Origin: Deltaproteobacteria bacterium
Lineage (GTDB): Bacteria > Desulfobacterota > Desulfuromonadia > Desulfuromonadales > BM103
Direction: 5' to 3'
Assembly: GCA_019313105.1 (NCBI GenBank)
Contig: JAFDBW010000197.1
Coordinates: 1 to 31,749, forward strand
DNA length: 31,749 nt
Within the stretch, counting starts at the first letter, position 1. Each line of letters begins with the position of its first letter. A program made the position numbers and the translations under genes. Below are positions 1 to 7,597 of this stretch, piece after piece. The notes beneath the pieces are model-generated. The model worked only from the letters and a program-made list of their open reading frames with translations, searched no databases and was not told the origin of the DNA.

Positions 1-98
1 ACTTTACTTGCTTCCCGAAGGAAGCTTTCACGTACGACTTGCATGTGTTAAGCATACCGCCAACGTTCGTTCTGAGCCAGGATCAAACTCTCCAGTTG
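1..98 (-). rRNA. rrs: 16S rRNA, 5' end (partial; runs off the window start)
   Basis: The reverse complement reads ...AGAGTTTGATCCTGGCTCAGAACGAACGTTGGCGGTATGCTTAACACATGCAAGTC..., containing the 27F site (91 downward). The 5' end is placed by analogy to E. coli numbering. Confidence 0.98.
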
Positions 99-178
99 AA
101 AACTGTATAAGTTGATACTGTGTTTACTCTTTGGTTTGTCTAGTGACCCGCAAACCATTTTACAAGCGTCTGCTATTC

Positions 179-192
179 AGTTTTCAAAGACC
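179..192 (-). promoter_or_regulatory. rrn leader boxA antitermination element
   Basis: Minus strand GGTCTTTGAAAACT, between the rrn promoters and the 16S 5' end; matches the TCTTTGAAAACT form of boxA. Confidence 0.75.
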
Positions 193-230
193 CGGCTAAA
201 CATCTCCGCCGCCGTTGCGACAGGAGAGTA

Positions 231-259
231 AGAATATCGAAACCTAAGTGCTCTGTCAA
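231..259 (-). promoter_or_regulatory. rrn sigma70 promoter (proximal)
   Basis: TTGACA (259-254), 17-bp spacer, TATTCT (236-231), with an A-rich tract upstream. Confidence 0.7.
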
Positions 260-340
260 TTGTTATTTGAGAGTCTTTCGATTTTTTTTCGCCCGATCTG
301 CCGGCAGCTTTTATCTTGACTGCCAAACAAGCGAGCGGTG

Positions 341-369
341 GTTATACCGGTTAAGCAGCGGGCTGTCAA
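341..369 (-). promoter_or_regulatory. rrn sigma70 promoter (middle)
   Basis: TTGACA (369-364), 17-bp spacer, TATAAC (346-341), GC-rich discriminator CACCGCTCGC and an upstream A-tract. Confidence 0.85.
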
Positions 370-420
370 GAACCTTTTCTGCTTTTTTTGCGTTACCCTT
401 TTGATCGGCAACGAGGGGGG

Positions 421-449
421 AATTTAATAAAGATGGCGGAAAGAGTCAA
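421..449 (-). promoter_or_regulatory. rrn sigma70 promoter (distal)
   Basis: TTGACT (449-444), 17-bp spacer, TAAATT (426-421), C-rich discriminator and long A-tracts upstream (UP-element-like). Confidence 0.75.
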
Positions 450-533
450 GGCTTTTCTGCAGTTTTTTTTCAAAAAAAACTTTCGCATCTCAAGATACTG
501 ATTTTAATCAAAAAATAACGCGCGCGGAACGCC

Positions 534-586
534 GCCTTGCTGGCTGGAGAACCGTCTCCCCGGCAGGCTTTCCTGCCAGGCCAGGC
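534..586. other. Compact multi-hairpin (three-way-junction-like) element downstream of tyrS
   Basis: Hairpins GGAGA-accg-TCTCC (546-559) and GGCAGG-cttt-CCTGCC (562-577), enclosed by TGGCT/GGCCA. No U-tract is adjacent. Confidence 0.4.
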
Positions 587-611
587 CCATCGGTTTTCTC
601 ACCGCTCCGTT

Positions 612-1904
612 TCACACCGCCTCGATAATATAGTAATTCTTCTTACCCTTCTGTACCAGTATGTAGGATCCGTTGATCAGGTCCGCACCGGTCACCAAAT
701 ATTCCTGATCGGTCAGCTTGGCCTGGTTCAGGCTGAGGCCATTGCCTTTGATCGTACGGCGCAGCTCACCTTTGGACGGGAAAGCCTGTGTATCGGTCGT
801 AAGCAGTTCTACGACCGGCACACCGGCATCGAGCCTGGCTCGGTCGACTTGATAGGTCGGTACACCTTCAAACACCGACAGGAAGGTTTGCTTATCCAGT
901 TTGGCCAGGCTTTCGGTCGTGGCTTTACCAAAAAGAATCTCTGAAGCATCCACAGCCTTGTTGTATTCATCTTCATCATGGACCATGCAGGTAACCTCTT
1001 TTGCCAGGCGCTTCTGCAGCGGTCGCAAGTGCGGTGCTGCTTGCTGCTCTTTGACCAGCACCGCAACTTCTTGCCTGCTTAAGAGCGTGAAGATTTTAAT
1101 GTACTTCTCGGCATCGGCATCAGAGACATTGAGCCAGAACTGGTAGAACTTATACGGCGTGGTCAGCTTCGGATCGAGCCAGACGTTGCCGCTTTCAGTT
1201 TTTCCGAACTTACCGCCATCCGCTTTGGTGATGAGTGGACAGGTCAGGGCGAAGGCTTCACCGCTTTCTTTGCGTCGGATAAGCTCCGTTCCTGTCGTGA
1301 TGTTCCCCCATTGGTCGGAGCCACCCATCTGCAATTTGCAGTTCTTCTCGCGGTACAAGTGCAAAAAATCGGTTCCCTGAACCAACTGATAGGAAAATTC
1401 GGTGTACGACAGGCCCATCTTGGCTTCTTCGCCCAGACGTTTTTTGACGCTGTCCTTGGCCATCATGTAATTGACTGTAATATGTTTGCCGATGTCGCGG
1501 ATAAAATCGAGGAAACTGAAGTTTTTCATCCAGTCGTAATTGTTGACCAGCTCGGCGGCATTCGCAGCATCCGAAGCAAAATCGAGAAACTTCGCCAACT
1601 GTTTTTTCAAACAGGCCTCGTTATGACGCAATGTCTGCTCGTCGAGCAGATTACGCTCTGTAGACTTACCCGACGGATCGCCGATCATCCCTGTTGCCCC
1701 TCCAACCAGCGCGATCGGTTTATGGCCGGCGATCTGGAAATGTTTGAGCATCATCACACTGACCAGATGGCCGATATGCAGAGAATCCGCGGTCGGATCG
1801 ATCCCAACGTAGGCTGAGGTCATTTCCTTTTGAAGTTGTTCTTCCGTCCCGGGCGTGATGTCATGGATCATGCCGCGCCAGGTCAATTCTTCGATAAAAT
1901 TCAT
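612..1904 (-). CDS. tyrS: Tyrosine--tRNA ligase (TyrS type 1, Bacteroidota-like)
   Basis: HIGH motif (SLHIGH), KMSKS-equivalent [16 protein letters not shown] and a C-terminal S4-like domain. Start set at ATG 1904 (MNFIEEL) rather than the ORF-track 1916. Confidence 0.97.
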   Translation of the reverse strand: MNFIEELTWRGMIHDITPGTEEQLQKEMTSAYVGIDPTADSLHIGHLVSVMMLKHFQIAGHKPIALVGGATGMIGDPSGKSTERNLLDEQTLRHNEACLKKQLAKFLDFASDAANAAELVNNYDWMKNFSFLDFIRDIGKHITVNYMMAKDSVKKRLGEEAKMGLSYTEFSYQLVQGTDFLHLYREKNCKLQMGGSDQWGNITTGTELIRRKESGEAFALTCPLITKADGGKFGKTESGNVWLDPKLTTPYKFYQFWLNVSDADAEKYIKIFTLLSRQEVAVLVKEQQAAPHLRPLQKRLAKEVTCMVHDEDEYNKAVDASEILFGKATTESLAKLDKQTFLSVFEGVPTYQVDRARLDAGVPVVELLTTDTQAFPSKGELRRTIKGNGLSLNQAKLTDQEYLVTGADLINGSYILVQKGKKNYYIIEAV

Positions 1905-1977
1905 TTTCAATACCAACTGATTCTGTGTGTTTGGTTTATATCTTTACCTTGGCTTCAGCCGCAGGCAGGTAGACTCC

Positions 1978-2760
1978 TCAGTGGCCCAGCTCCATGACTC
2001 GCTGTATGCCAGCCGCCTTACCGGTCGACTCGTCAATCGAGACGATCACGCCGCAAAGCACAGGGTCCTTCTTGGCAATTTCATAGCGAACCGGCATTTG
2101 GGTCAAAAACCGCTGGATCGACAGTTCCTTACGGATGCCGATGACCGAATCGCGCGCGCCGGTCATGCCGGCGTCACTGATGAAAGCGGTCCCTCCCGGC
2201 ATCACTCTCTCATCGGCGGTCTGAACATGGGTATGGGTGCCGACAACCGCGCTGACCCGACCGTCGAGGTAGGCACCCAGGGCACCTTTTTCACTGGTGG
2301 CCTCAGCGTGGAAATCAACCATGATAATTTTCTGTCTTTCCCCAAGCCCTTCGAGCAACTCATCCGCTTTGCGGAACGGGCAGTCCAGCCCTCCCATGAA
2401 AACACGGCCCTCGAGGTTGATTACGGCGACGGGCAAACCTCCTGCCGTGTGGAACACCCCGACACCGTGGCCGGGCACTCCCGGAGGATAATTCGCCGGA
2501 CGCAGCAGGGCCGGCTCCTGGTCCAGACAGACAAGTCCGTCCCGCTTGTCCCAGACATGGTTACCGGTCGTCATGACATCGATACCGACATCAAACAGTT
2601 CCGAAACGACATCAGGGGTCAGACCAAAACCGGCAGCAGCATTCTCGACATTGGCAATCACAAGGTCAATCATATGCTGGTCGATCAGGCGAGGGAGTGC
2701 GTCACGCACCAGCTGGCGACCGGGACGGCCGATAATATCACCGATAAAGAGGATATTCAA
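1978..2760 (-). CDS. ymdB: YmdB/TIGR00282 family metallophosphoesterase
   Basis: Motifs NILFIGDI, GNHVWD, DFHAEATSEK and GTHTH; canonical position after rny. Start set at TTG 2760 with SD GGAG upstream. Confidence 0.93.
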   Translation of the reverse strand: MNILFIGDIIGRPGRQLVRDALPRLIDQHMIDLVIANVENAAAGFGLTPDVVSELFDVGIDVMTTGNHVWDKRDGLVCLDQEPALLRPANYPPGVPGHGVGVFHTAGGLPVAVINLEGRVFMGGLDCPFRKADELLEGLGERQKIIMVDFHAEATSEKGALGAYLDGRVSAVVGTHTHVQTADERVMPGGTAFISDAGMTGARDSVIGIRKELSIQRFLTQMPVRYEIAKKDPVLCGVIVSIDESTGKAAGIQRVMELGH

Positions 2761-2787
2761 AACTACTCCAACTGCTGTAGAGAGTGG

Positions 2788-2857
2788 AAGCGAGTGATAC
2801 GGCGAAACAGGGAGTTGGCATAACCAACTCCCCACTGATCCTCCAACTATCTCGCTT
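2788..2857 (-). other. ~70-nt imperfect stem-loop in the rny-ymdB intergenic region
   Basis: Inner 9-bp stem GGGAGTTGG/CCAACTCCC (2810-2832) and outer 7-bp stem AAGCGAG/CTCGCTT (2788-2794 with 2851-2857). No following U-tract. Confidence 0.55.
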
Positions 2858-2862
2858 TATTT

Positions 2863-4425
2863 CTATTTCGCGTAATCAGTCGCCCGCGTCTCACGGATAA
2901 CATTGACCCGGATCTGCCCCGGGTAGGTCATCTCGGTCTCGATCTTTCGGGCGATATCCTTTGCCATGACATGCGACTGGTCATCGGAGACGACCTCGCT
3001 GGATACCATGACACGGATTTCACGACCGGCCTGAATCGCGAAGCAGGAGGTCACACCATTAAACGAGGTACCGATCCTTTCGAGATCCTCCAGTCGCTTG
3101 ACGTAGGTTTCGAGCATTTCGCGCCGTGCACCCGGGCGTGCACCCGACAAGGCGTCAGCCGCTTGTACGAGGACCGCCAGAATGGTATCCGGCTTCTCCT
3201 CCTCATGGTGAGCAGCAATAGCATGGACAATCTCAGATGGCTCGCCGTATTTTCTCGCCAGGTCGGCACCGATCAAAGCATGAGACCCTTCTACTTCGTG
3301 GTCAACTGCCTTGCCGATATCGTGGAGCAGTCCGGCTCGCTTGGCCTGCTTGACATCGAGACCAAGCTCGGCGGCCATAATGCCGCAGAGGAAGGCAACT
3401 TCTATGGAGTGATGCAGGACATTCTGCCCGTATGAGGTGCGGTAGCGCAGACGCCCGATAATCTTGACAATTTCCGGATGGATACCATGCACACCGACGT
3501 CGAAGGTGGCCTGCTCGCCGGCCTCACGGATCGCGCCATCGACTTCCTGCTCGGCCTTCTTGACCACTTCCTCGATCCTGGCAGGATGGATTCGACCGTC
3601 AGCGATCAATTTCTCAAGCGCAAGGCGGGCGACTTCCCGGCGCACCGGGTTGAAGCCTGAGATAATCACCGCTTCCGGGGTATCGTCAATGATCAGGTCA
3701 ATCCCGGTTGCGGCCTCAATGGCCCTGATGTTGCGCCCTTCACGACCGATAATCCGCCCCTTCATCTCATCACTGGGGAGAGCCACGGAATTAATGGTTT
3801 TCTCGGCAACGTAGTCACCGGCAAATCGCTGTATCGCCAGCGACAGGATCTTCTTTGCTTTCTTGTCGGCAACCTCTTTGGCCTCGTCCTCAATCTGCCT
3901 GATACGCTTGGCAGCATCGTGACGCGCCTCACTCTCCATGGCTGCCATCAGTTGCTGCTTTGCCTCTTCCGTGGTAATCCCAGAGAGCTTCTCCAGCTTG
4001 ATGCGCTGTTCCGCGACCAGAGATTCAGCTTCTTCGGTCTTCTGCTGCAGGTTGCGATCACGGTCCTGCAGGGACTGCTCGCGACGGGACAGGTCTTGCT
4101 CTTTCTCATCGACCTGGGAAACCTTGCGGTCGAGGTTCTCTTCTTTATGCACCAGGCGCTTCTCCTGGGCCTGAAGCTCCCTGCGGGCTTCCCGTAATTC
4201 TTCGTCCCAGGCAGCTTTCGCCTTGAAAACAACATCCTTGGACTGGATGTCAGCTTCCTTGGTGATTGTCTCTGCTTCTTTCTTGGCGCTTTCGACGATC
4301 TGCGCAGCCTCTTTTTCGGCGTTCGCGAACTTCGATCCGGACGCCTTGGCACGCATGATCGCGCCGATGAATCCGCCGACGATCACGCCGGCAAAGGTCA
4401 GTAATATAGTCAGTTCTATCTTCAA
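2863..4425 (-). CDS. rny: Ribonuclease Y
   Basis: N-terminal TM helix, coiled coil, KH domain ([11 protein letters not shown]) and HD domain (LLHDIGK). Start set at TTG 4425 because the AAGGAGG SD overlaps the ORF-track GTG at 4434. Confidence 0.97.
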   Translation of the reverse strand: MKIELTILLTFAGVIVGGFIGAIMRAKASGSKFANAEKEAAQIVESAKKEAETITKEADIQSKDVVFKAKAAWDEELREARRELQAQEKRLVHKEENLDRKVSQVDEKEQDLSRREQSLQDRDRNLQQKTEEAESLVAEQRIKLEKLSGITTEEAKQQLMAAMESEARHDAAKRIRQIEDEAKEVADKKAKKILSLAIQRFAGDYVAEKTINSVALPSDEMKGRIIGREGRNIRAIEAATGIDLIIDDTPEAVIISGFNPVRREVARLALEKLIADGRIHPARIEEVVKKAEQEVDGAIREAGEQATFDVGVHGIHPEIVKIIGRLRYRTSYGQNVLHHSIEVAFLCGIMAAELGLDVKQAKRAGLLHDIGKAVDHEVEGSHALIGADLARKYGEPSEIVHAIAAHHEEEKPDTILAVLVQAADALSGARPGARREMLETYVKRLEDLERIGTSFNGVTSCFAIQAGREIRVMVSSEVVSDDQSHVMAKDIARKIETEMTYPGQIRVNVIRETRATDYAK

Positions 4426-4482
4426 AGCCGTCACCTCCTTATTGGCATTATTTTTTGCTGTAACACCCGGACTTCAGCTAAG

Positions 4483-5049
4483 TCAGCAGGTGGTAAAGTT
4501 CAAGATTTCTTGTTCTGTCATGAGTACGGACAACGCCCGGTCATGTTCTTCGACAATCGGTAGAGCATCGACAACCTGAAAGGTGTACGCAAAACCGACC
4601 TTCATGCAATCGGTACGGCATTCGTGCAGTGCCCTGTCATAAAAGCCCCGGCCGTAACCAAGTCGGTGACCAGCACGGTCAAACACGACACCCGGGACAA
4701 CAACTAGGTCCAGCGTCGTCAGAGGCACCCGATTAACTCCCGCCGGCTCAGAAACGCCGAAAGAGCCTGGAACCAGATCATCAAGGGCAGTGATCTCGAT
4801 AAATTCGAGGTGCTCACCGGCGACGCGGGGATAAACAACTCTTTTGCCGGACTCCAGCGCACAACGGGCGACCACATCTGTCAGCACCTCGTTGTGAATG
4901 GCGCTGTACAAGGCCAGAAATTTCGCATCGGCGAACAACGCCGACTGGAGAAATTTCGCCTGAACCTGCTCACTAAGCTTGTCACGCTGGGCTTGCGAAA
5001 GCGATTTACGTTCAGCCAGAAACTGTGCCCTGATTGATCGTTTTGGCAT
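4483..5049 (-). CDS. ygfA: 5-formyltetrahydrofolate cyclo-ligase
   Basis: Motif DLVVVPGVVFDRAGHRLGYGRGFYDR; conserved zapA-6S-ygfA-rny synteny. Confidence 0.95.
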   Translation of the reverse strand: MPKRSIRAQFLAERKSLSQAQRDKLSEQVQAKFLQSALFADAKFLALYSAIHNEVLTDVVARCALESGKRVVYPRVAGEHLEFIEITALDDLVPGSFGVSEPAGVNRVPLTTLDLVVVPGVVFDRAGHRLGYGRGFYDRALHECRTDCMKVGFAYTFQVVDALPIVEEHDRALSVLMTEQEILNFTTC

Positions 5050-5072
5050 GAGCAGAGACCCCGTGACTCGAG

Positions 5073-5328
5073 ACCTCCGGACGGTAGGATGGATAGATCA
5101 GATAGAAGGTAGGATATACGGCACAAACTGCCGCATCAGATTATACCTGCCGAGCGCTCCCCGTACAGCCTTACAGCGGTCCGTTTAGATCGCAGGCTGG
5201 ACTGTGCATAATATTCTGGAGTTCCTGGTTTCATAATTTTGATGCGCATTCTGCGTCGTCTTTTTAAACGCCCTATTGCGGGCGACAGTACCGTCAGCTA
5301 ATCTATCTTCAAATCCCCGTACGGAGAT
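5073..5328 (-). ncRNA. ssrS: Candidate 6S RNA (SsrS), apparently enlarged
   Basis: Lies at the canonical position between zapA and ygfA. Manual folding gives a closing stem (5328-5298 with 5101-5073), a large internal bubble, and an inner ~30-nt stem (5259-5227 with 5147-5118). I could not recognise canonical 6S primary motifs and the ends are approximate. Confidence 0.6.
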
Positions 5329-5378
5329 ACTTTGTTCATTCTGCTGCGCTGCTTGATTCGGACCATACCGAACGCTTG

Positions 5379-5663
5379 TCAACCCAGGGCAGCTTCGATC
5401 TTTTCAATCAACCGGCTCAAGCGCCGCGACTCATCTGCACCGCCGGGGGCGCTCGAGGCGGGAGTGCCTTCCAGGTGCGCGGCCGAGACGTTAAGCAGAG
5501 CCAGAATCGCGGCCTGAAGCGAATCGACCGTACGACCGCTTCTGGTTACCAGGCTGATCTGATCCTCAACAAACCTGGCAACCTTGTGGACCTGCTCTGG
5601 AGGGGCATCACTCCTGAGGTTGAACTGTTGCCCCAGAATGGAAACCTGGACGCTCTGCTTCAT
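5379..5663 (-). CDS. zapA: Cell division protein ZapA
   Basis: ZapA-like sequence (VQVSILGQQFNLRS...AAILALLNVS). ATG 5663 overlaps the upstream stop (TGATG). Confidence 0.9.
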   Translation of the reverse strand: MKQSVQVSILGQQFNLRSDAPPEQVHKVARFVEDQISLVTRSGRTVDSLQAAILALLNVSAAHLEGTPASSAPGGADESRRLSRLIEKIEAALG

Positions 5664-5851
5664 CAACTTTTCCCTTCCAGACGCTCCAGTTTGTCGAGCA
5701 GTCTGTCCAGTTCATCGCTGACCCGGCTACGGTCCTGAACCAGGCGATCACATTCCCCGGTGAGAGTCCTGTTACGCTCCTGTAACTCGACACGCTCAGC
5801 CAGCAACCGCTCTACAAGTTCTTCCAGCCGCGCAATCGCTTCCAAAGACAC
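5663..5851 (-). CDS. Small coiled-coil protein upstream of zapA (ZapB-like)
   Basis: About 62 aa, almost entirely heptad coiled coil (LEELVERLLAERVELQERNRTL). Start set at GTG 5851 with SD AGGGAG. Confidence 0.75.
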   Translation of the reverse strand: MSLEAIARLEELVERLLAERVELQERNRTLTGECDRLVQDRSRVSDELDRLLDKLERLEGKS

Positions 5852-5879
5852 GTTCAACTCCCTTTTCTTAATACTTTTC

Positions 5880-5908
5880 AGACTAGGTCAAAGGTCGCAA
5901 AAAGTCAA
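5880..5908 (-). promoter_or_regulatory. sigma70 promoter for the zapB-zapA-6S-ygfA unit
   Basis: TTGACT (5908-5903), 17-bp spacer, TAGTCT (5885-5880). Confidence 0.6.
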
Positions 5909-5914
5909 GCGATC

Positions 5915-7150
5915 TCAATTGTTAGCAAACAGTGCCGCAACAAATTCATCGGCACTGAAGGGACGCAGGTCGGCGACGCCTTCTCCGACACCTATCAGAC
6001 GGACTGGCAGATCGAGTTGCGTGCTGATTGCGACAACGATACCGCCTTTGGCAGTGCCATCAAGCTTGGTCAGGGCGATCCCGGAGACTTCGACCGCCTC
6101 CCGGAACATTTTTGCCTGGATCAACGCATTCTGACCGGTTGTCGCATCAAGGACCAACAGGGTTTCATGAGGTGCGCCGGGGACTTCACGATCAACAACC
6201 CGACGAATTTTTTTCAGCTCTTCCATGAGGTTGACCTTGGTATGCAGACGGCCGGCCGTATCCAGGATCAGAACATCGGCTTTGCGGGCGACCGCCGCCT
6301 TGACAGCATCGAAAGCCACAGCGCCGGGATCGGACCCTTCCTTGTGGCGGACCACGTCCGATCCGGAGCGGGTCCCCCACACTTCGAGCTGCTCGGCAGC
6401 AGCCGCGCGGAAGGTATCTCCCGCACCGAGCACGACTTTCTTGCCCTGGTCTGCAAATTGTTTTGCCAATTTACCGATCGTCGTCGTCTTGCCGACACCG
6501 TTGACGCCAACCACCATGATGACCAGTGGGCCACTTTCCGGCGTTGGCCAATCCGGCCCGATATCTTTCAGGCGAGCGCGGACCTCTTCTGCCAGGATCT
6601 CACGCAGCTGGCCGGGATCATGCTGGTCATCGTCCTTCAGGCGTTCAGTCAGCGCCCGCACCAGCTCCTGGGTTGCCTGCATGCCGAAGTCGGCCGTAAT
6701 CAGAATTTCTTCCAACTCTTCGAGAAACTCCTCATCCAGACGGGGGTGAGTACCAAGCAAAGCATCAACCCGGCCGACCAGAGAAGCACGGGTTTTGTCC
6801 AACCCAGCACGCATGCGCTGGAACAGATTGACCGGTTCTTCTACAGTGGGCTCCTGCCTAACCGGGGGCGCCTCGTGTGCTGCTGCCGCTTCATCGACAG
6901 CGGACAGTTCCGTGTCCTCAATGGGAGGCGCAACGTCTTCAGGCGCCGGTGCTTCGACCTGCCCGTCGGCCTCTTCACCGGCGACAGGTGAGCGCAGCTT
7001 GCGCCTCAACAACGCGATGACGACCAGTAGTGACAGCAGTGTCAGTGCAAGGTAAATCAACGCCAGGGCAGCCATGGACCCATGTTCGGCTGGCACTCCG
7101 ACACTGATGAGAAACTCGGCGACCTTATTCAACCAGACTTCTAATTCCAT
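5915..7150 (-). CDS. ftsY: Signal recognition particle receptor FtsY with N-terminal hydrophobic segment
   Basis: NG-domain motifs GVNGVGKTTT, DTFRAAA, DTAGR and TKLD; acidic Pro/Ala linker; hydrophobic AALALIYLALTLLSLLVVIALL followed by RRKLR. Start set at ATG 7150. Confidence 0.95.
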   Translation of the reverse strand: MELEVWLNKVAEFLISVGVPAEHGSMAALALIYLALTLLSLLVVIALLRRKLRSPVAGEEADGQVEAPAPEDVAPPIEDTELSAVDEAAAAHEAPPVRQEPTVEEPVNLFQRMRAGLDKTRASLVGRVDALLGTHPRLDEEFLEELEEILITADFGMQATQELVRALTERLKDDDQHDPGQLREILAEEVRARLKDIGPDWPTPESGPLVIMVVGVNGVGKTTTIGKLAKQFADQGKKVVLGAGDTFRAAAAEQLEVWGTRSGSDVVRHKEGSDPGAVAFDAVKAAVARKADVLILDTAGRLHTKVNLMEELKKIRRVVDREVPGAPHETLLVLDATTGQNALIQAKMFREAVEVSGIALTKLDGTAKGGIVVAISTQLDLPVRLIGVGEGVADLRPFSADEFVAALFANN

Positions 7151-7170
7151 GATCAGTCCTAGACAAGCGA

Positions 7171-7228
7171 TAAGGCTGTAAAGCTGCAAAGGTTAGACCC
7201 ATAGCCTTACAACCCTAAAGCCTTACAG
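7171..7228. repeat. Inverted array of degenerate 8-nt repeats (REP-like hairpin)
   Basis: AAGGCTGT-AAAGCTGC-AAAGG faces TAGCCTTA-CAACCCTA-AAGCCTTA-CAG; 7176-7185 and 7219-7228 pair over 10 bp on the minus-strand RNA (one G-U). Confidence 0.5.
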
Positions 7229-7235
7229 TTGGGTT

Positions 7236-7595
7236 TTAAACAATCTCCTTGTGCAGGGCCAGGATACAACGCCTGGCCTCCAGCAGAGCACGTCCCAGCA
7301 TGTCCGACCGGTCCAGGATCAGGACCAGATAGTATTCTTTGGTCACGGGGAGAATCAGGGTTTGTGTCTGCCGGGTGGTCACGACGATCTCCCGCAGGTC
7401 ATCATTACCCAACCGGTCGACCACCTCGCGCATATTGTGCAGGATAACACCCTTGTGCGCACCAATCACTTTGAGGTCATAGTCATCCATGATGCCAACA
7501 TGGTCGACCGATTCCCCCTCCCAGTCAGCGATAATCGCCCCCTGGGCTCCCGGCACACGTTCGACCAGCGCATTCAGCAAAGCCTTGAATGGCAT
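7236..7595 (-). CDS. Roadblock/LC7 (MglB-like) domain protein
   Basis: 119 aa with the roadblock pattern (GAQGAIIADWEG ... EIVVTT ... EYYLVLILD ... LGRALLE); starts 2 bp after the smc stop. Confidence 0.85.
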   Translation of the reverse strand: MPFKALLNALVERVPGAQGAIIADWEGESVDHVGIMDDYDLKVIGAHKGVILHNMREVVDRLGNDDLREIVVTTRQTQTLILPVTKEYYLVLILDRSDMLGRALLEARRCILALHKEIV

Positions 7596-7597
7596 CC

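Noticed and set aside
1905-1977. T-box riboswitch upstream of tyrS
   Set aside because: Only ~73 nt separate ymdB and tyrS, with no T-box motif (UGGNACC) or antiterminator; too short.
1927-2823. 298-aa plus-strand ORF
   Set aside because: Antisense shadow of ymdB, with no recognisable motifs.
5150-5210. ZTP (pfl) or other riboswitch upstream of the folate gene ygfA
   Set aside because: Only the fragment ACGGGGAGC resembles the ZTP consensus; the P1 sequence and the downstream CCUGGGC pseudoknot partner are missing.
5185-5382. 65-aa minus-strand ORF downstream of zapA
   Set aside because: No SD or family motif, and it overlaps the strongly base-paired 6S-like region; the RNA explanation is better.
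5377-5382. TTGACA at the zapA stop as the 6S promoter -35
   Set aside because: No acceptable -10 at 16-18 bp (GAATCA); the RNA more likely derives from the upstream zapB-zapA transcript.
6017-6991. 324-aa plus-strand ORF, and similar long antisense ORFs within smc
   Set aside because: Shadows of ftsY and smc, expected from codon bias in GC-rich coding DNA.
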